A stretch of 63,876 bases of DNA, counting the filler, from Candidatus Tectimicrobiota bacterium (GTDB taxonomy: Bacteria; JACPSX01), in assembly GCA_016193065.1 (NCBI GenBank). It is 7 parts of 7 records of this genome, joined end to end, with 100 filler letters (N's around TTAATTAATTAA, not from the genome) between each part and the next. Parts side by side here need not be neighbours in the genome. Positions count along the whole stretch, not along the records: positions 23,549 to 33,171 come from JACPSX010000195.1; positions 33,272 to 51,092 come from JACPSX010000022.1; 5 more parts are not named here. The stretch is one strand, 5' to 3'. The notes under the pieces are model-generated. The model worked only from the letters and a program-made list of their open reading frames with translations. It was not told the origin of the DNA and made no database searches. A program made the position numbers and the translations under genes. Position 1 is the first letter of the stretch. Each line of letters starts with the position of its first letter. Below, piece by piece: positions 31,954 to 43,342 of the stretch.

Positions 31954-33000
31954 ATGGCCGAGAGCAATTACCGTCTTACGGAAACGGTGCGCTGCGCGGG
32001 TTGAGCAGGCAAACTGGGTCCGGGGGACCTGGAAGCCGCCGTTTCTTCGTTGCACCCTAAGAGAGATGCGAAGCTCCTGGTTGGAATGGAGACCGGGGAC
32101 GATGCCGGAGTCTACCAGGTGGCCGATAGCCTGGCCCTGGTGCAGACTCTCGACTTTATCACTCCGATTGTCGATGATCCCTACGATTACGGCCGGATTG
32201 CCGCCGCCAATTCGTTGAGCGACGTCTACGCCATGGGGGGAAAGCCGGTCACCGCCATGAACATTGTCGGATTCCCCCAGGACAGTCTCCCCGCAGAGGT
32301 GCTGAGGGATCTCCTGCGCGGGGGGCTGGAGAAGATCGAGGAATCGGGAGCCACGCTGGTGGGCGGGCACACGGTGGACGATGTGGAGTTCAAGTACGGC
32401 CTCTCGGTCACCGGGGTCATCGATCCCCACCACGTGGTGCGAAATGTCGGAGCCCGGCCGGGAGACCGCATGGTTCTCACCAAGCCTCTGGGAATGGGGA
32501 TTATCACCACGGCCAACAAGCGCCGCAAAGCGCCGGCGGAACTTGTCCGGAGAGCCGTAGAGGTGATGGCCGCGTTGAACCGCGCGGCCAGCGAGGTCAT
32601 GGTGGAAGTGGGCGCCCATGCGGCTACGGATGTGACGGGGTTCGGCCTTCTGGGTCACGCTCTCATCATGGCTCGGGGGAGCGGTGTCGGCATAGCCTTT
32701 CAGGCCAGTGCCATTCCCTATCTCAAGGGGGCTCTGGAACTCTCGGTGCAAAACCTGATCCCAGGAGGAAGCTTTCGAAACCGGGAGTTTGTCGGAGAGA
32801 AGGCGCAGGTCGATCCGAGCATCCCCGAGGCTCTGGCCATGATCTTTTTTGACGCCCAGACTTCCGGGGGATTGCTGATTGCGGTGGCTCCCGAGAAGGT
32901 GGAGATGCTGCTGGAGCGGTTGCGAAAATCCGGAGTTTCCACGGCCGCCGTCATCGGCCGCGTGATTGAAGGGGAGCCCAGGTTGATCCTGGAACCGTGA
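31954..33000 (+). CDS. selD: Selenide, water dikinase (selenophosphate synthetase), itself a selenoprotein (U17)
   Basis: ATG 31954 MAESNYRLTETVRCAG-TGA(32002)-AGKLGP in frame with DDAGVY, DFITP, AANSLSDVYAMGG, DVTGFGL, DAQTSGGLL. Confidence 0.95.
32008..32037 (+). promoter_or_regulatory. SECIS-like hairpin of selD
   Basis: CTGGGTCC-GGG-GGACCTGG stem (two G-U pairs) with G-rich loop, closed by GGC/GCC, just 3' of the UGA. Confidence 0.65.
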
Positions 33001-33271
33001 GGGGGGCCTGGCTCTGGAAGACATGGCTGTGGGTGCTCTGGTCTACGAGCAAGCCCGAAAGATAGGGCTGGGAACTCTCCTGCCGTTTTAATTTCGATCT
33101 GCGACTCCACCTCCGGAGACAATCGCTATCCCAACCAGAGTATGGCGGATGCTCAGGATTCCCTCTGTCCTNNNNNNNNNNNNNNNNNNNNNNNNNNNNN
33201 NNNNNNNNNNNNNNNTTAATTAATTAANNNNNNNNNNNNNNNNNNNNNNNNNNNNNNNNNNNNNNNNNNNN

Positions 33272-33646
33272 GATTTCTTCCTGCGGGACTCCCAGATCCC
33301 TCTGGAGCGTGCGCAAGATGCGGGCGATCTCCACATCGTTGAGGCGCCGGGTCGACACATTGTGCCAGAGGGCCAAGTCAAAGGCCTGCCGGTCCGGGAG
33401 GAGATCCCGGCACACCAGAGCGGGGAAAACGGTGCGATTGAGCGCCCGGCAGGCAAAGAAACGACGAAATCCGCAGATGATCTGGTAGCAGGCCCCTGCC
33501 CGGCGGAGGATCAAGGGTTCGAGCACACCCACCTGCGCGATCGACTCCTGGATCCGCTGCAGATCCAGGGGGAAGGTCAGACAAAAACGCTGCTGGGAGT
33601 CGTCAACCTGGTCGATATGAGCTTCCAGGAACTCGTAGGCCGTCAA
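33272..33646 (-). CDS. ParB/Srx N-terminal domain protein, 3' cut by contig end
   Basis: SIAQVGVLEPLIL..YQIICGFRRFFAC; TTG start overlapping the GT2 stop. Confidence 0.75.
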
Positions 33647-34488
33647 GCTACACACCCCTCCCGGGATAGCTGCCACTTGCGGGAGAGGGCCTCGTAAATT
33701 TCCGCTTTCTCCCACTGTCCCCGCTTGAGGCTCCCCTGGATCAGGATGCGACATTTCCTCTGCAGCTCCCGGATGGTCTGTTCCCTCTGCTCTGCGGTCA
33801 GCAAGCGCGCTGTCAGAAACTTGTCCAATGACTGGACTCTGAACCGGTCAAGTCCCCACAGGCTTCGAGAAAGTTGATCCGGATGCCCTCCTCGCTTCGT
33901 AATGAGCGGCCTTGGCTCAAAGTGAAACGGGTACATCCTGGCCAAGCGCAGCCAGAGGTCATAGTCCTCGCAGGCGGGCAGTGTCTCATCGAACCCGCCC
34001 AGTTCCACCAGCACATCCCGCCGCAGGAGCGCCGAGGAAAGGCTGACAATACACAGAGGAAGGCAAAAGGCAAAGATGTCCCCCGAGTATTTGCGATGCT
34101 TCTTCTTTTGGTTGACTCGAACTCCGCGCCGAATCCAGATCTCATCCGTGTACGTGACCACAGCGGCAGGGTGGGCCTCCATATACTCGACCTGTATTTG
34201 CAGCTTGTGCGGGTGCCAGAGGTCATCGGAGTCCAGGTACGCGATATATTTCCCCCGGGCTTCCGCCAACCCCCGATTGCGGGCTGCGCTCACTCCCCGG
34301 TGTTCCGTGAAAAGTAAGCGAACAGGCCCTCCGAGCTTCTCTAACATCTCCCGAGTCCCGTCTTCCGATCCGTCATCGACGATGATGAGTTCCCAATCCC
34401 GGTAGGTTTGCCTCCGGACAGAAGCAACGGCTTCGGGCAAAAAATGGCGACGATTATAGGTCGGTATGACAACACTGACCTGTGGCAC
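33643..34488 (-). CDS. GT2 (GT-A fold) glycosyltransferase
   Basis: VSVVIPTYNR, IIVDDGSEDG, YLDSDD, CEDYDLWLR; start GTG 34488; upstream TTGCCA-18-TATCAT (34561-34532). Confidence 0.9.
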   Translation of the reverse strand: MPQVSVVIPTYNRRHFLPEAVASVRRQTYRDWELIIVDDGSEDGTREMLEKLGGPVRLLFTEHRGVSAARNRGLAEARGKYIAYLDSDDLWHPHKLQIQVEYMEAHPAAVVTYTDEIWIRRGVRVNQKKKHRKYSGDIFAFCLPLCIVSLSSALLRRDVLVELGGFDETLPACEDYDLWLRLARMYPFHFEPRPLITKRGGHPDQLSRSLWGLDRFRVQSLDKFLTARLLTAEQREQTIRELQRKCRILIQGSLKRGQWEKAEIYEALSRKWQLSREGCVA

Positions 34489-34830
34489 GTCCCTGCTCCA
34501 TCGTAGTGAAGTGGTCGGAATCACTTTCCGCATGATAGAGCAAAACCGCAAAACCTGGCAAGGGCGGACTCCAGTCCCCCTCATTTTGCGCTTGCCCACC
34601 CCCATCAGTTTTTGCTGGTCCAACGGAAACGGGCCGCCTTCCCGCCCTTCGCTCCACGGCCTCTCGCAACGACCCTTCCGGGGCGGGCGGGTTGGGACCC
34701 CTCCGCTAACGCCCCGGGAATCTCCTTGGCTTTTCCCTGATTCCTGCAGGCTACGCGGTTTCCCTTCCCCGCCCGCTCCCGGTCGGGTACCCGCTTTGCG
34801 GGTGCCGTTGCTCCGGCAGCTGCGCTCAGG

Positions 34831-34985
34831 GCGAGAAGGTCGGCCCTCGCGGTGCTCTCCCTCCGAGGGGTTGCCCCCGTAGGCGATCTAAGCGGTTGCG
34901 AGGAAGAGAACTCTCAATCCGGCCGACACAACTCACGTCGCAAGCGCTTCGTGAGCCCAAGGGGGCACCCCGAGGACCTGGGAAG
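34831..34985 (+). ncRNA. Candidate structured RNA of unknown family
   Basis: Nested stems 34867-34878/34961-34971 and 34890-34901/34938-34949; loop-loop complementarity GTCGGCC/GGCCGAC; strand uncertain. Confidence 0.35.
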
Positions 34986-35111
34986 ACTAGCCTCCGTGAA
35001 AAACTGGTGGGCAAGCCCTTTTGCGTGGTTGCGTGTTTCTGCAGAGGACACTACAATGGGGTTCCTAACGCGCTTATTGCTAACCTGATTACCGGATAAG
35101 GAGAGAGGTCC

Positions 35112-36467
35112 ATGCCTGCGGGGAGCGCAAAGCCGTATCCTTTCATGAAGATCAAGCCTCCGGGCCCGAAAGCGCGGACGCTCGTGAATCTGGATTCCCA
35201 GTTCGTCTCCCAGTCCTACACCCGGAATTACCCTCTAGTGGCTGACCGGGGCGAAGGGGCCATGGTGGTTGACGTGGACGGCAATTGCTATTTGGATTTT
35301 ACAGCGGGAATTGCGGTGTGCGCTACAGGTCACTCCCATCCCAAGGTGGTAGAGGCCATTACCCGCCAAGCCAAACGTCTGATCCACATGTCGGGGACGG
35401 ATTTCTACTATTCTTCCCAGATCGCCCTGGCCCGGAAGCTCTCCGAAATTGCGCCCGGGAGGAAACCGAAGAAGGTTTTCTTCGGGAATTCCGGCGCGGA
35501 AGCCATTGAGGCCGCCTTCAAGCTGGCTCGCTATCACACCAAACGGACCATGGCGATTGCCTTTTACGGAGCCTTCCACGGGCGCACCATGGGGGCCTTG
35601 TCGCTGACGGCCAGCAAGACGATTCAAAGAAAGAGCTATATTCCCCTGGTGCCCGGTGTCGTCCACGTCCCGTACGCTTACTGCTACCGCTGTGACTATA
35701 ACCTCACCTATCCAAGTTGCCGGGTTTCCTGCGTCGACTGGATAAAGGACTCGCTCTTCCGCTCCTCGGTGCCACCTGAGGAGGTAGCAGCCATATTCGT
35801 AGAGCCTATTCAGGGCGAAGGGGGCTACATTGTTCCTCCCCCTGAATTCCATGCCAAACTCCACCAAATTGCCCGGGACCATGGGATCCTCTACGTGGTC
35901 GATGAAGTGCAAAGCGGCATGGGGCGCACGGGGAAGATGTTTGCCATCGAACACTTCGGTGTGGAGCCCGACATTATTGCGGTGGCCAAGGGAATTGCCT
36001 CCGGTCTACCCCTTGGAGCGATGATCGCCACGGCTGACATCATGGACTGGACCCATGGCTCTCATGCCAGTACGTTCGGGGGGAATCCGGTGTCCTGTGA
36101 GGCGGCCCTCGCCACAATTGAACTCCTCGAAAACGGCCTTCTGGCGAACGCCGCCACCATGGGGGACTACCTCATAAAGGGCCTGATGAAGTTGCAGCCC
36201 CAGCATCCTCTGATCGGCGACATCCGGGGCAAAGGGCTCATGATTGGCATAGAGCTGGTCAAGGATCGGTCAAGTCGAGCCCCCGCCATTGACGAGCGCA
36301 ATCGGGTCGTTCAGGGCTGTTTCGAGCGGGGACTCCTGGTGCTCGGCTGTGGTCAGTCCACTGTACGTTTCTCTCCACCCCTGATCATTGACCAGGAAGA
36401 TGCAGATATCGCCCTGGGGATCTTCTCAGAGGTTTTAGCGGAGGTGGAAAAAGGGGTTAGTCCTTAG
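35112..36467 (+). CDS. Class III PLP aminotransferase (4-aminobutyrate/acetylornithine aminotransferase family)
   Basis: NSGAEAIE, AFHGRT, EPIQGEGG, DEVQSGMGRTG, AKGIASG. Confidence 0.92.
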   Translation: MPAGSAKPYPFMKIKPPGPKARTLVNLDSQFVSQSYTRNYPLVADRGEGAMVVDVDGNCYLDFTAGIAVCATGHSHPKVVEAITRQAKRLIHMSGTDFYYSSQIALARKLSEIAPGRKPKKVFFGNSGAEAIEAAFKLARYHTKRTMAIAFYGAFHGRTMGALSLTASKTIQRKSYIPLVPGVVHVPYAYCYRCDYNLTYPSCRVSCVDWIKDSLFRSSVPPEEVAAIFVEPIQGEGGYIVPPPEFHAKLHQIARDHGILYVVDEVQSGMGRTGKMFAIEHFGVEPDIIAVAKGIASGLPLGAMIATADIMDWTHGSHASTFGGNPVSCEAALATIELLENGLLANAATMGDYLIKGLMKLQPQHPLIGDIRGKGLMIGIELVKDRSSRAPAIDERNRVVQGCFERGLLVLGCGQSTVRFSPPLIIDQEDADIALGIFSEVLAEVEKGVSP

Positions 36468-37494
36468 GCTCTTCCGAGGGGAAACCAGCACCCCGGGAAA
36501 AGTGATCGTACCCGGTGACGGGCAACTCTCTTAGGGCGCCATCTTTGGACCGCAACCGGAGTTCCGGCTCCCGGGTGATTTCCCCGATGACGAGCAGGGG
36601 ACCGCACCCCTCCTGAAGGATCTGCTTCTGGAGTCGTTCGACGTTCGGGGCGGGAACTGCGACGAGGAGGCGATAATCTTCTCCGCCTCCTAAAGCCCAA
36701 GCAATGGGATCTTCTCCCAGGAGGGCCGCGGCCCGGCGGGCCGCCGCAGAAACCGGTAGGGAACTCTCCTCCACAATCGCACCGACCCCGCTGCGGGTAC
36801 AAATATGGCCAAGATCCTGGGAAAGCCCGTCGCTTATGTCGATCATGGCCGATGCCAGGCGGGCCTCCCCGATCCGGCAGCCCAGGGGAAAAGCTGGAGT
36901 CGGATTCCGATGCCAATCCAGCAGACCCTGCAGAGCAGGATCATCTGTCCCAACCCCTCGCTTGAGCAGTTCCATCCCCGCCCGTGACTCTCCCAGGGGG
37001 CCCGATACCAGAAGCCGATTTCCAGGGCCGGCACCCGAGCGAAAAAGGAGATCCTCCTTGGGAGCTCTACCCACCAGGGTAGCGCTGATCAGTAGACCGG
37101 AGGGAGAGGATGTTGTATCTCCCCCCACCAGAGTCACGCCACAAAAGTCGGCCATCTCACGTACTCCAACCAGGAACTCCTCCAAAAAGGGGACTGCAGT
37201 GCTGGGCGGGATCCCCAGGGACAGAAGGGCATAGCTCGGTATCCCCCCCATGGCCATGATGTCACTGACGTTCACCGCAATGGATTTACGCCCCAGGGCG
37301 CGGGGGGAGGTCCAGGACAAACGGAAATGGACGCCTTCCACCAGGGCGTCTGTTGTGAGGAGCAGACAGTAGTCCCCTTGGTCTAGGACCGCGCAATCAT
37401 CTCCGATTCCTTGCAGAACATCCGAGGCTCCGGGCGGAAAGAGTTTCTCAATCCGGCCAATCAGTCCAAATTCTCCCAGATCCTTGAGGCGCAT
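36457..37494 (-). CDS. thiL: Thiamine-monophosphate kinase
   Basis: LGEFGLI, GIGDDCAV, VNVSDIMAMGG, MIDISDGL, GGEDY; start ATG 37494. Confidence 0.94.
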   Translation of the reverse strand: MRLKDLGEFGLIGRIEKLFPPGASDVLQGIGDDCAVLDQGDYCLLLTTDALVEGVHFRLSWTSPRALGRKSIAVNVSDIMAMGGIPSYALLSLGIPPSTAVPFLEEFLVGVREMADFCGVTLVGGDTTSSPSGLLISATLVGRAPKEDLLFRSGAGPGNRLLVSGPLGESRAGMELLKRGVGTDDPALQGLLDWHRNPTPAFPLGCRIGEARLASAMIDISDGLSQDLGHICTRSGVGAIVEESSLPVSAAARRAAALLGEDPIAWALGGGEDYRLLVAVPAPNVERLQKQILQEGCGPLLVIGEITREPELRLRSKDGALRELPVTGYDHFSRGAGFPSEEPKD

Positions 37495-37605
37495 AGATAC
37501 CTTTGACTCTTTCAGTTCTTGCTTGGATTGCCCTCTTTTCATCCTGAGAAATGACGTAAACTCTTTATACAACAATTGCTTATATATACATGAATTTAAT
37601 ATATA

Positions 37606-37641
37606 ATAAAACTTGACAATGTCAGACTAAAGCATTACATT
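37606..37641 (+). promoter_or_regulatory. clpB sigma70 promoter with HAIR-like operator
   Basis: TTGACA-17-TACATT; CTTGACA-N7-ACTAAAG resembles HAIR CTTGAGT-N7-ACTCAAG. Confidence 0.7.
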
Positions 37642-37709
37642 CTCTCCAGACCGGGGTCTTGGAGCAGGAAGAATAAGGGAGACCCCAAAGTCTTTTTAGG
37701 AGATCGATT

Positions 37710-40183
37710 ATGCGCTATGACCGCTTCACCATCAAGTCCCAAGAAGTCCTCGAAAGGGCCCAGCGTCGAGCCCAGGCACTGGATCATCAGGCCCTGGATG
37801 TCGAGCACTTGGCCCTGGAGATGGTTGAGGAGCGGGAGGCCCAAGTCCAAGGCATTGGAACGGAGAACTTTTACATCTCGCCGCGCCTAAAAGCGGTCTT
37901 GGATCAGGCACTCAAAGAAGCTGAGCAGTTGAGAGACGAGTATGTCAGTGGCGAACACTTGCTCCTGGCTATGGTGAATGAACGAGGAGGAGAAACCGCT
38001 GCCCTCCTCGCCCGGCAAGGAGTCACCCGGGAAGGGATTCTTCGCGCTCTGCAGGCCATCCGGGGCAGCCAGCGGGTCACCGATCCGAATCCCGAGGAGA
38101 AATATCAGGCCCTGGCCCGCTACAGCCGGGATCTCACGGACCTGGCCCGCAAGGGGAAGGTGGACCCTGTGATCGGGCGGGATGAGGAAATTCGCCGGAT
38201 CATCCAGGTCCTCTCCCGAAGGACGAAGAATAACCCGGTCCTCATTGGAGAGCCCGGGGTGGGAAAGACCGCCATCGTGGAAGGGCTGGCTCAACGGATC
38301 GTGGCTGGAGACGTCCCCGAGGGACTCAAAGAAAAGCGCCTCGTGGCTTTGGATATGGGAGCCCTCATTGCTGGATCCAAGTACCGAGGGGAATTTGAAG
38401 ACCGGCTCAAAGCGGTGTTGAAGGAAATCGAGGAAGCCCAGGGACAAATCATTTTATTCATTGACGAGATCCACACCCTCGTGGGGGCTGGAGCCGCCGA
38501 GGGAGCCACAACGAGTACAGAAAACGCATCGAAAAAGACGCCGCCCTGGAGCGCCGCTTCCAGCCTGTGTTTGTCCGCGAGCCCACCGTGGAGGACACAA
38601 TTGCCATCTTGCGCGGGCTCAAGGAGCGCTACGAAGTTCATCACGGAGTGAGGATCAAGGACTCGGCCCTGGTGGCCGCCGCCACTCTTTCGAACCGCTA
38701 CATCACGGACCGCTTTCTTCCAGACAAGGCGGTGGACCTGATGGACGAAGCCGCCTCGCGGCTGCGCATGGAGATCGATAGCATGCCGGCCGAAATTGAT
38801 GAGGTGGAGCGCAAACGGATTCAGCTCGAGATTGAGCGGGAAGCCTTGCGAAAGGAATCCGACCCTCCCTCGCTGGATCGCTTCCGCCAGATCGAATCTG
38901 AGATTGAGGCGCTCTGCGCGCAAAGTACCCGGATGAAGGCTCAGTGGCAGCGGGAGAAGGAAGTGATCCAGAAGATCTCGATGCTCAAAGAACGCCTGGA
39001 ATCAGCTAAACTCGAGGAGCAGCAGGCCCAGCGCCAGGGGGATCTTGGTAAGGCCGCCGAGCTGCGCTACGGCACCCTCCTTACCCTGCAAAAGGAACTC
39101 CAGGAGGAGCAATCCCGTCTTGTCGCGCTCCAGGCCAATGGTCCCATGCTCAAGCAGGAAGTCGACGAGGAAGACGTGGCCCGCATCGTGGCCAAATGGA
39201 CCGGAATCCCGGTGGCTAAGATGCTGGAAGGCGAAGTGGAGAAACTCATCAAAATGGAAGAGCGGCTCACGGAGCGGGTCGTGGGACAGGACGAGGCGGT
39301 CCGACTGGTCTCCAACACGCTCAGGCGAGCCCGTGCCGGATTGCAGGATCCCAACCGCCCCATTGGGTCCTTCATTTTCATGGGGCCTACCGGGGTCGGC
39401 AAGACCGAGCTGGCCCGAGCCCTGGCCGAGTTCATGTTTGACGACGAACAGGCCATGATCCGCCTGGACATGTCGGAGTTCATGGAAAAGCACTCCGTGG
39501 CCCGCCTGATCGGCGCCCCGCCGGGCTATGTGGGCTATGAGGAGGGGGGATATTTGACCGAGGCGGTCCGCCGGAGACCGTACAGCGTGGTCCTCTTCGA
39601 CGAGATTGAAAAGGCCCACAGTGATGTCTTTAACCTCCTCCTGCAAATCTTGGATGACGGACGTCTTACAGACGGCCATGGGAGAACCGTCGACTTCAAA
39701 AACTCGATTTTCATCATGACCTCGAATCTGGGTAGCCAGTGGCTCCAGGACCTGAACCAGACGAACCGGGAAGAGGTCCACAATCGGGTCATGGAGACGC
39801 TCCGGGCCAAATTCCGGCCCGAATTCTTGAACCGGATCGATGAGACGGTGATCTTTAACCAGTTGGGCCGGGAGGAGATCGGGGCAATCATCGACATCCA
39901 ACTGCGACGTTTCCAAAAGCGCCTTGCCGAGCGCGACCTGGAACTCATCGTGTCCCCATCAGCCAAGGACCTCTTGTTCCAGAAAGGGTACGATCCCACC
40001 TATGGGGCCCGTCCCCTGCGCAGAGCCATTCAACGAGCTCTGCAGGACCCCCTGGCACTAAAAATCCTGACGGGAGAATTCCCGCCGGGGAGTGCCATCG
40101 AGGTTTCAGGGGATCCGACGCGGGGAGAGATGATCTTCAATCGGCTGGAATCCCCTGTAGAGGCAAAAATCCTCGCGGAGTAG
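37710..40183 (+). pseudogene. clpB: ClpB disaggregase with in-frame N-domain deletion and frameshifting deletions at ~38502-38513 (probable assembly artefact)
   Basis: [27 protein letters not shown], then frame change to [17 protein letters not shown]; coiled-coil M domain; [15 protein letters not shown]. Confidence 0.93.
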
Positions 40184-40205
40184 GGATGGGATAACTCGGA
40201 ATGTT

Positions 40206-40241
40206 ATAAAACTTGACAAGAATACACTCAATGGGTATAAA
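40206..40241 (+). promoter_or_regulatory. dnaK sigma70 promoter with HAIR-like operator
   Basis: TTGACA-17-TATAAA; CTTGACA-N7-ACTCAAT; 14-mer ATAAAACTTGACAA identical to the clpB promoter. Confidence 0.75.
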
Positions 40242-40285
40242 CACCCTTGCAGAACCGCTAAGGCGAATGTTTAAGGAGGCATCCT

Positions 40286-42196
40286 ATGGGAAAGATGGTG
40301 GGAATTGACCTGGGAACCACGCTCTCCGTGGTGGCAATCATGGAGGGAGGAGAACCCAAGGTTATTATAAATGAGGAGGGGAGCCGTCTCACCCCTTCGG
40401 TTGTGGCCTTTAACAAAGAAGGGGAAATCCTGGTTGGGCAGATCGCCAAACGTCAGGCTGTCACGAACCCTGAGAATACCGTCTATTCCATCAAACGGTT
40501 CATGGGCCGCCGGTACGATGAGGTGACCGAAGAGATGAAGATGGTCCCCTACAAGGTCGTCAAGGCGCCCAACGGGGACGCCAGGGTCAGCGTCCGGGGG
40601 AAAGAATATTCTCCCCCCGAGATCTCGGCGATGGTTTTGCAGAAATTAAAGAAATCGGCCGAAGCCTACCTGGGAGAGACGGTCACGGACGCGGTGATTA
40701 CCGTGCCTGCCTACTTCAACGACTCTCAGCGCCAGGCCACCAAGGATGCCGGTCGGATCGCGGGGCTCAACGTGCAGAGAATCATCAACGAGCCGACTGC
40801 TTCCGCCCTGGCCTACGGGCTGGATAAGAAGAAAGACGAGATCGTGGCCGTTTATGACTTCGGAGGCGGAACCTTCGATATTTCAATCCTCGAGGTCGGC
40901 GATAACGTCGTCGAGGTGAAATCGACCAACGGTGACACCCATTTGGGCGGAGACAACCTGGACCAACGAATCATCGACTGGCTGGTGGCGGAGTTTAAGA
41001 AGGATCAGGGGATTGACTTGAGCCGGGATCCCATGGCCATGCAGCGGCTCAAGGAAGGAGCCGAGAAAGCCAAGATCGAGCTCTCCAGCACCCTGGAGAC
41101 GGATATTAACCTCCCCTTTGTTACCGCCGATGCCTCCGGGCCCAAGCACCTCAACATGAAGCTCACGCGGGCCAAGTTTGAACAAATGGTGGCGGACCTG
41201 CTCGATAAGACTCTGGGACCTTGCCGTCGGGCGATGGATGACGCTGGTTTAAAGACGAGCGATATCCACGAAGTGGTCCTGGTCGGGGGATCTACGCGGA
41301 TTCCAAAAGTTCAGGAACTGGTGAAAAACTTCTTCGGTCGGGAGCCCCACAAGGGCGTGAATCCGGATGAGGTAGTCGCCCTGGGAGCTGCGGTCCAGGC
41401 GGGAGTCCTGTCGGGAGAAGTGAAAGATATTTTGCTCCTGGATGTTACTCCCTTGTCCCTTGGGATCGAGACCCTGGGGGGGGTCATGACGAAGCTCATC
41501 GAGCGCAATACGACGATCCCCACCCGGAAGAGCGAGATCTTCTCAACCGCCGCGGACAGCCAGACGAGCGTGGAGATCCACGTCCTCCAGGGCGAGCGGG
41601 AGCTGGCTCGGGACAACCGGACCCTCGGGCGCTTTCACCTAGTGGGGATTCCACCGGCTCCTCGAGGAGTCCCTCAAATCGAGGTGACCTTCGACATCGA
41701 CGCTAACGTGATCGTCAACGTCTCCGCCAAAGACCTGGGAACCGGCAAGGAGCAGGCGATCACGATCACGGCCTCGAGCGGAGTCTCGGAAGACGAGATC
41801 AAACGAATGGTTAAGGAGGCCGAATCCCACGCTGAAGAGGACAAACGGAAGCGGCAGGAGATCGAGCAGCGCAACCAGCTCGATGGTCTCATCTACACGG
41901 TCGAAAAAACCCTCCAGGAGAACAAGGACAAGCTCTCCGAGGGAGAGATCAAGCCCCTGGAGGAGGCGATCCGAGAAGCCAAAGACGCCCTGCAAAGCCA
42001 GGACGCCCCCCGGATCCAGAAGGCCAATGAGCGCCTGACCCAGGCCTCTCACAAACTGGCCGAGGTCATGTATCAGAAGGTCAAGTCCGGCAAGGATCAA
42101 ACCGCTTCCTCACCGAGCGGCACCTCTGCCAGCAGTTCTCCTGAAGAGGGGGAAGTCGTGGACGCGGAATACGAGGATCCGGCCAGCAAGAAGTAA
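40286..42196 (+). CDS. dnaK: Molecular chaperone DnaK
   Basis: [44 protein letters not shown]-terminal VVDAEY. Confidence 0.98.
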   Translation: MGKMVGIDLGTTLSVVAIMEGGEPKVIINEEGSRLTPSVVAFNKEGEILVGQIAKRQAVTNPENTVYSIKRFMGRRYDEVTEEMKMVPYKVVKAPNGDARVSVRGKEYSPPEISAMVLQKLKKSAEAYLGETVTDAVITVPAYFNDSQRQATKDAGRIAGLNVQRIINEPTASALAYGLDKKKDEIVAVYDFGGGTFDISILEVGDNVVEVKSTNGDTHLGGDNLDQRIIDWLVAEFKKDQGIDLSRDPMAMQRLKEGAEKAKIELSSTLETDINLPFVTADASGPKHLNMKLTRAKFEQMVADLLDKTLGPCRRAMDDAGLKTSDIHEVVLVGGSTRIPKVQELVKNFFGREPHKGVNPDEVVALGAAVQAGVLSGEVKDILLLDVTPLSLGIETLGGVMTKLIERNTTIPTRKSEIFSTAADSQTSVEIHVLQGERELARDNRTLGRFHLVGIPPAPRGVPQIEVTFDIDANVIVNVSAKDLGTGKEQAITITASSGVSEDEIKRMVKEAESHAEEDKRKRQEIEQRNQLDGLIYTVEKTLQENKDKLSEGEIKPLEEAIREAKDALQSQDAPRIQKANERLTQASHKLAEVMYQKVKSGKDQTASSPSGTSASSSPEEGEVVDAEYEDPASKK

Positions 42197-42247
42197 GCAA
42201 GGGCTCCTTGAACCCGCCTGGATTGAAACCGCAGGCAGGGATGACCG

Positions 42248-43330
42248 ATGGCAAAACGGGATTATTATGAAACCTTGGGCGTTAAACGAAATGCTTCCCT
42301 GGCCGAGATCAAGAAGGCATACCGGAAACTGGCGCGGAAATATCACCCGGACTTAAACCCGGCAAATGCCGAGGCGGAACGGAAGTTTAAGGAAATCTCG
42401 GAGGCCTACCAAGTCCTCAGCGATCCGGAAAAACGCAAGCGCTACAATCAGTTCGGACATGAGGGGTTTCAGGCCCAACCGGGATTTGACTCAAGCCCCT
42501 TTTCCCAGTACACTCAAGGTCCCGAAGGTTTCAATTTCAGCAACTTGGGAGATCTTTTCGGGGATCTTTTTGGGCGGGCCCGAGGGGCGCAGGCACAGGC
42601 ACCCCGAGCGGGAAAGGACCTCCATTACACGGTGGAAATTGGCTTCGAGGACGCCGTGAAAGGGGTGACCCCCACGATTTCCATCACTCGGGAAGAAGCC
42701 TGCCCCCGCTGCCGCGGCACCGGAGCACTGGGGTCTCCCACGATTTGCCCGGAGTGCAAGGGTAGTGGCCAGATTGGAGTCATCAGCGGGCTGGGGTTCG
42801 GCCGCACCTGCCCCCGCTGCCAGGGGCGCGGCAATCTGGTGACCAACCCCTGCCCAGCCTGCCACAGCAAGGGGACCCAGCCCAAAACGGAGCAGATCTC
42901 CGTTAAAATCCCGCCCGGGGTCGATACGGGGTCCAAGATCCGCTTTGCGGGCAAGGGGGAACATCTGGGAAACGGCAGCTCCCCGGGAGACCTTTATATA
43001 GTGACCAAGGTTCGGCCCGACCCCAGATTTGTGCGGAAAGGGGACAATATTCATACCGAGCTCCCCATTACCGTCAGCGAGGCGGCCTTGGGAGCCAAGG
43101 TCCCGGTTCAAACGATCGACGGGATTACCACAATGGTGATTCCTCCGGGTACCCATAGCGGTCAGATATTCCGCCTGCGCGAAAGAGGGATGCCCCATCT
43201 GAAAGGCGGGGGGAGAGGGGACCACTACGTGACGGTCAAGATTACTCTACCCAAGCACCTTGACGAGAAGGGCCGCCAGATCCTCGAAGAATTCGCGCGT
43301 GTCTGCCCTTACGATCCAAGGAAAGAATAG
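42248..43330 (+). CDS. dnaJ: Molecular chaperone DnaJ
   Basis: J domain HPD; G/F region; four CxxCxG/SxG zinc-finger repeats. Confidence 0.96.
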   Translation: MAKRDYYETLGVKRNASLAEIKKAYRKLARKYHPDLNPANAEAERKFKEISEAYQVLSDPEKRKRYNQFGHEGFQAQPGFDSSPFSQYTQGPEGFNFSNLGDLFGDLFGRARGAQAQAPRAGKDLHYTVEIGFEDAVKGVTPTISITREEACPRCRGTGALGSPTICPECKGSGQIGVISGLGFGRTCPRCQGRGNLVTNPCPACHSKGTQPKTEQISVKIPPGVDTGSKIRFAGKGEHLGNGSSPGDLYIVTKVRPDPRFVRKGDNIHTELPITVSEAALGAKVPVQTIDGITTMVIPPGTHSGQIFRLRERGMPHLKGGGRGDHYVTVKITLPKHLDEKGRQILEEFARVCPYDPRKE

Positions 43331-43342
43331 GGTCCAGGTGCA

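Noticed and set aside
34850-35020. Cobalamin or glycine riboswitch (TGCCCCCG, CTGGGAAG, AACTCTCA fragments)
   Set aside because: Other required conserved elements and their order are missing
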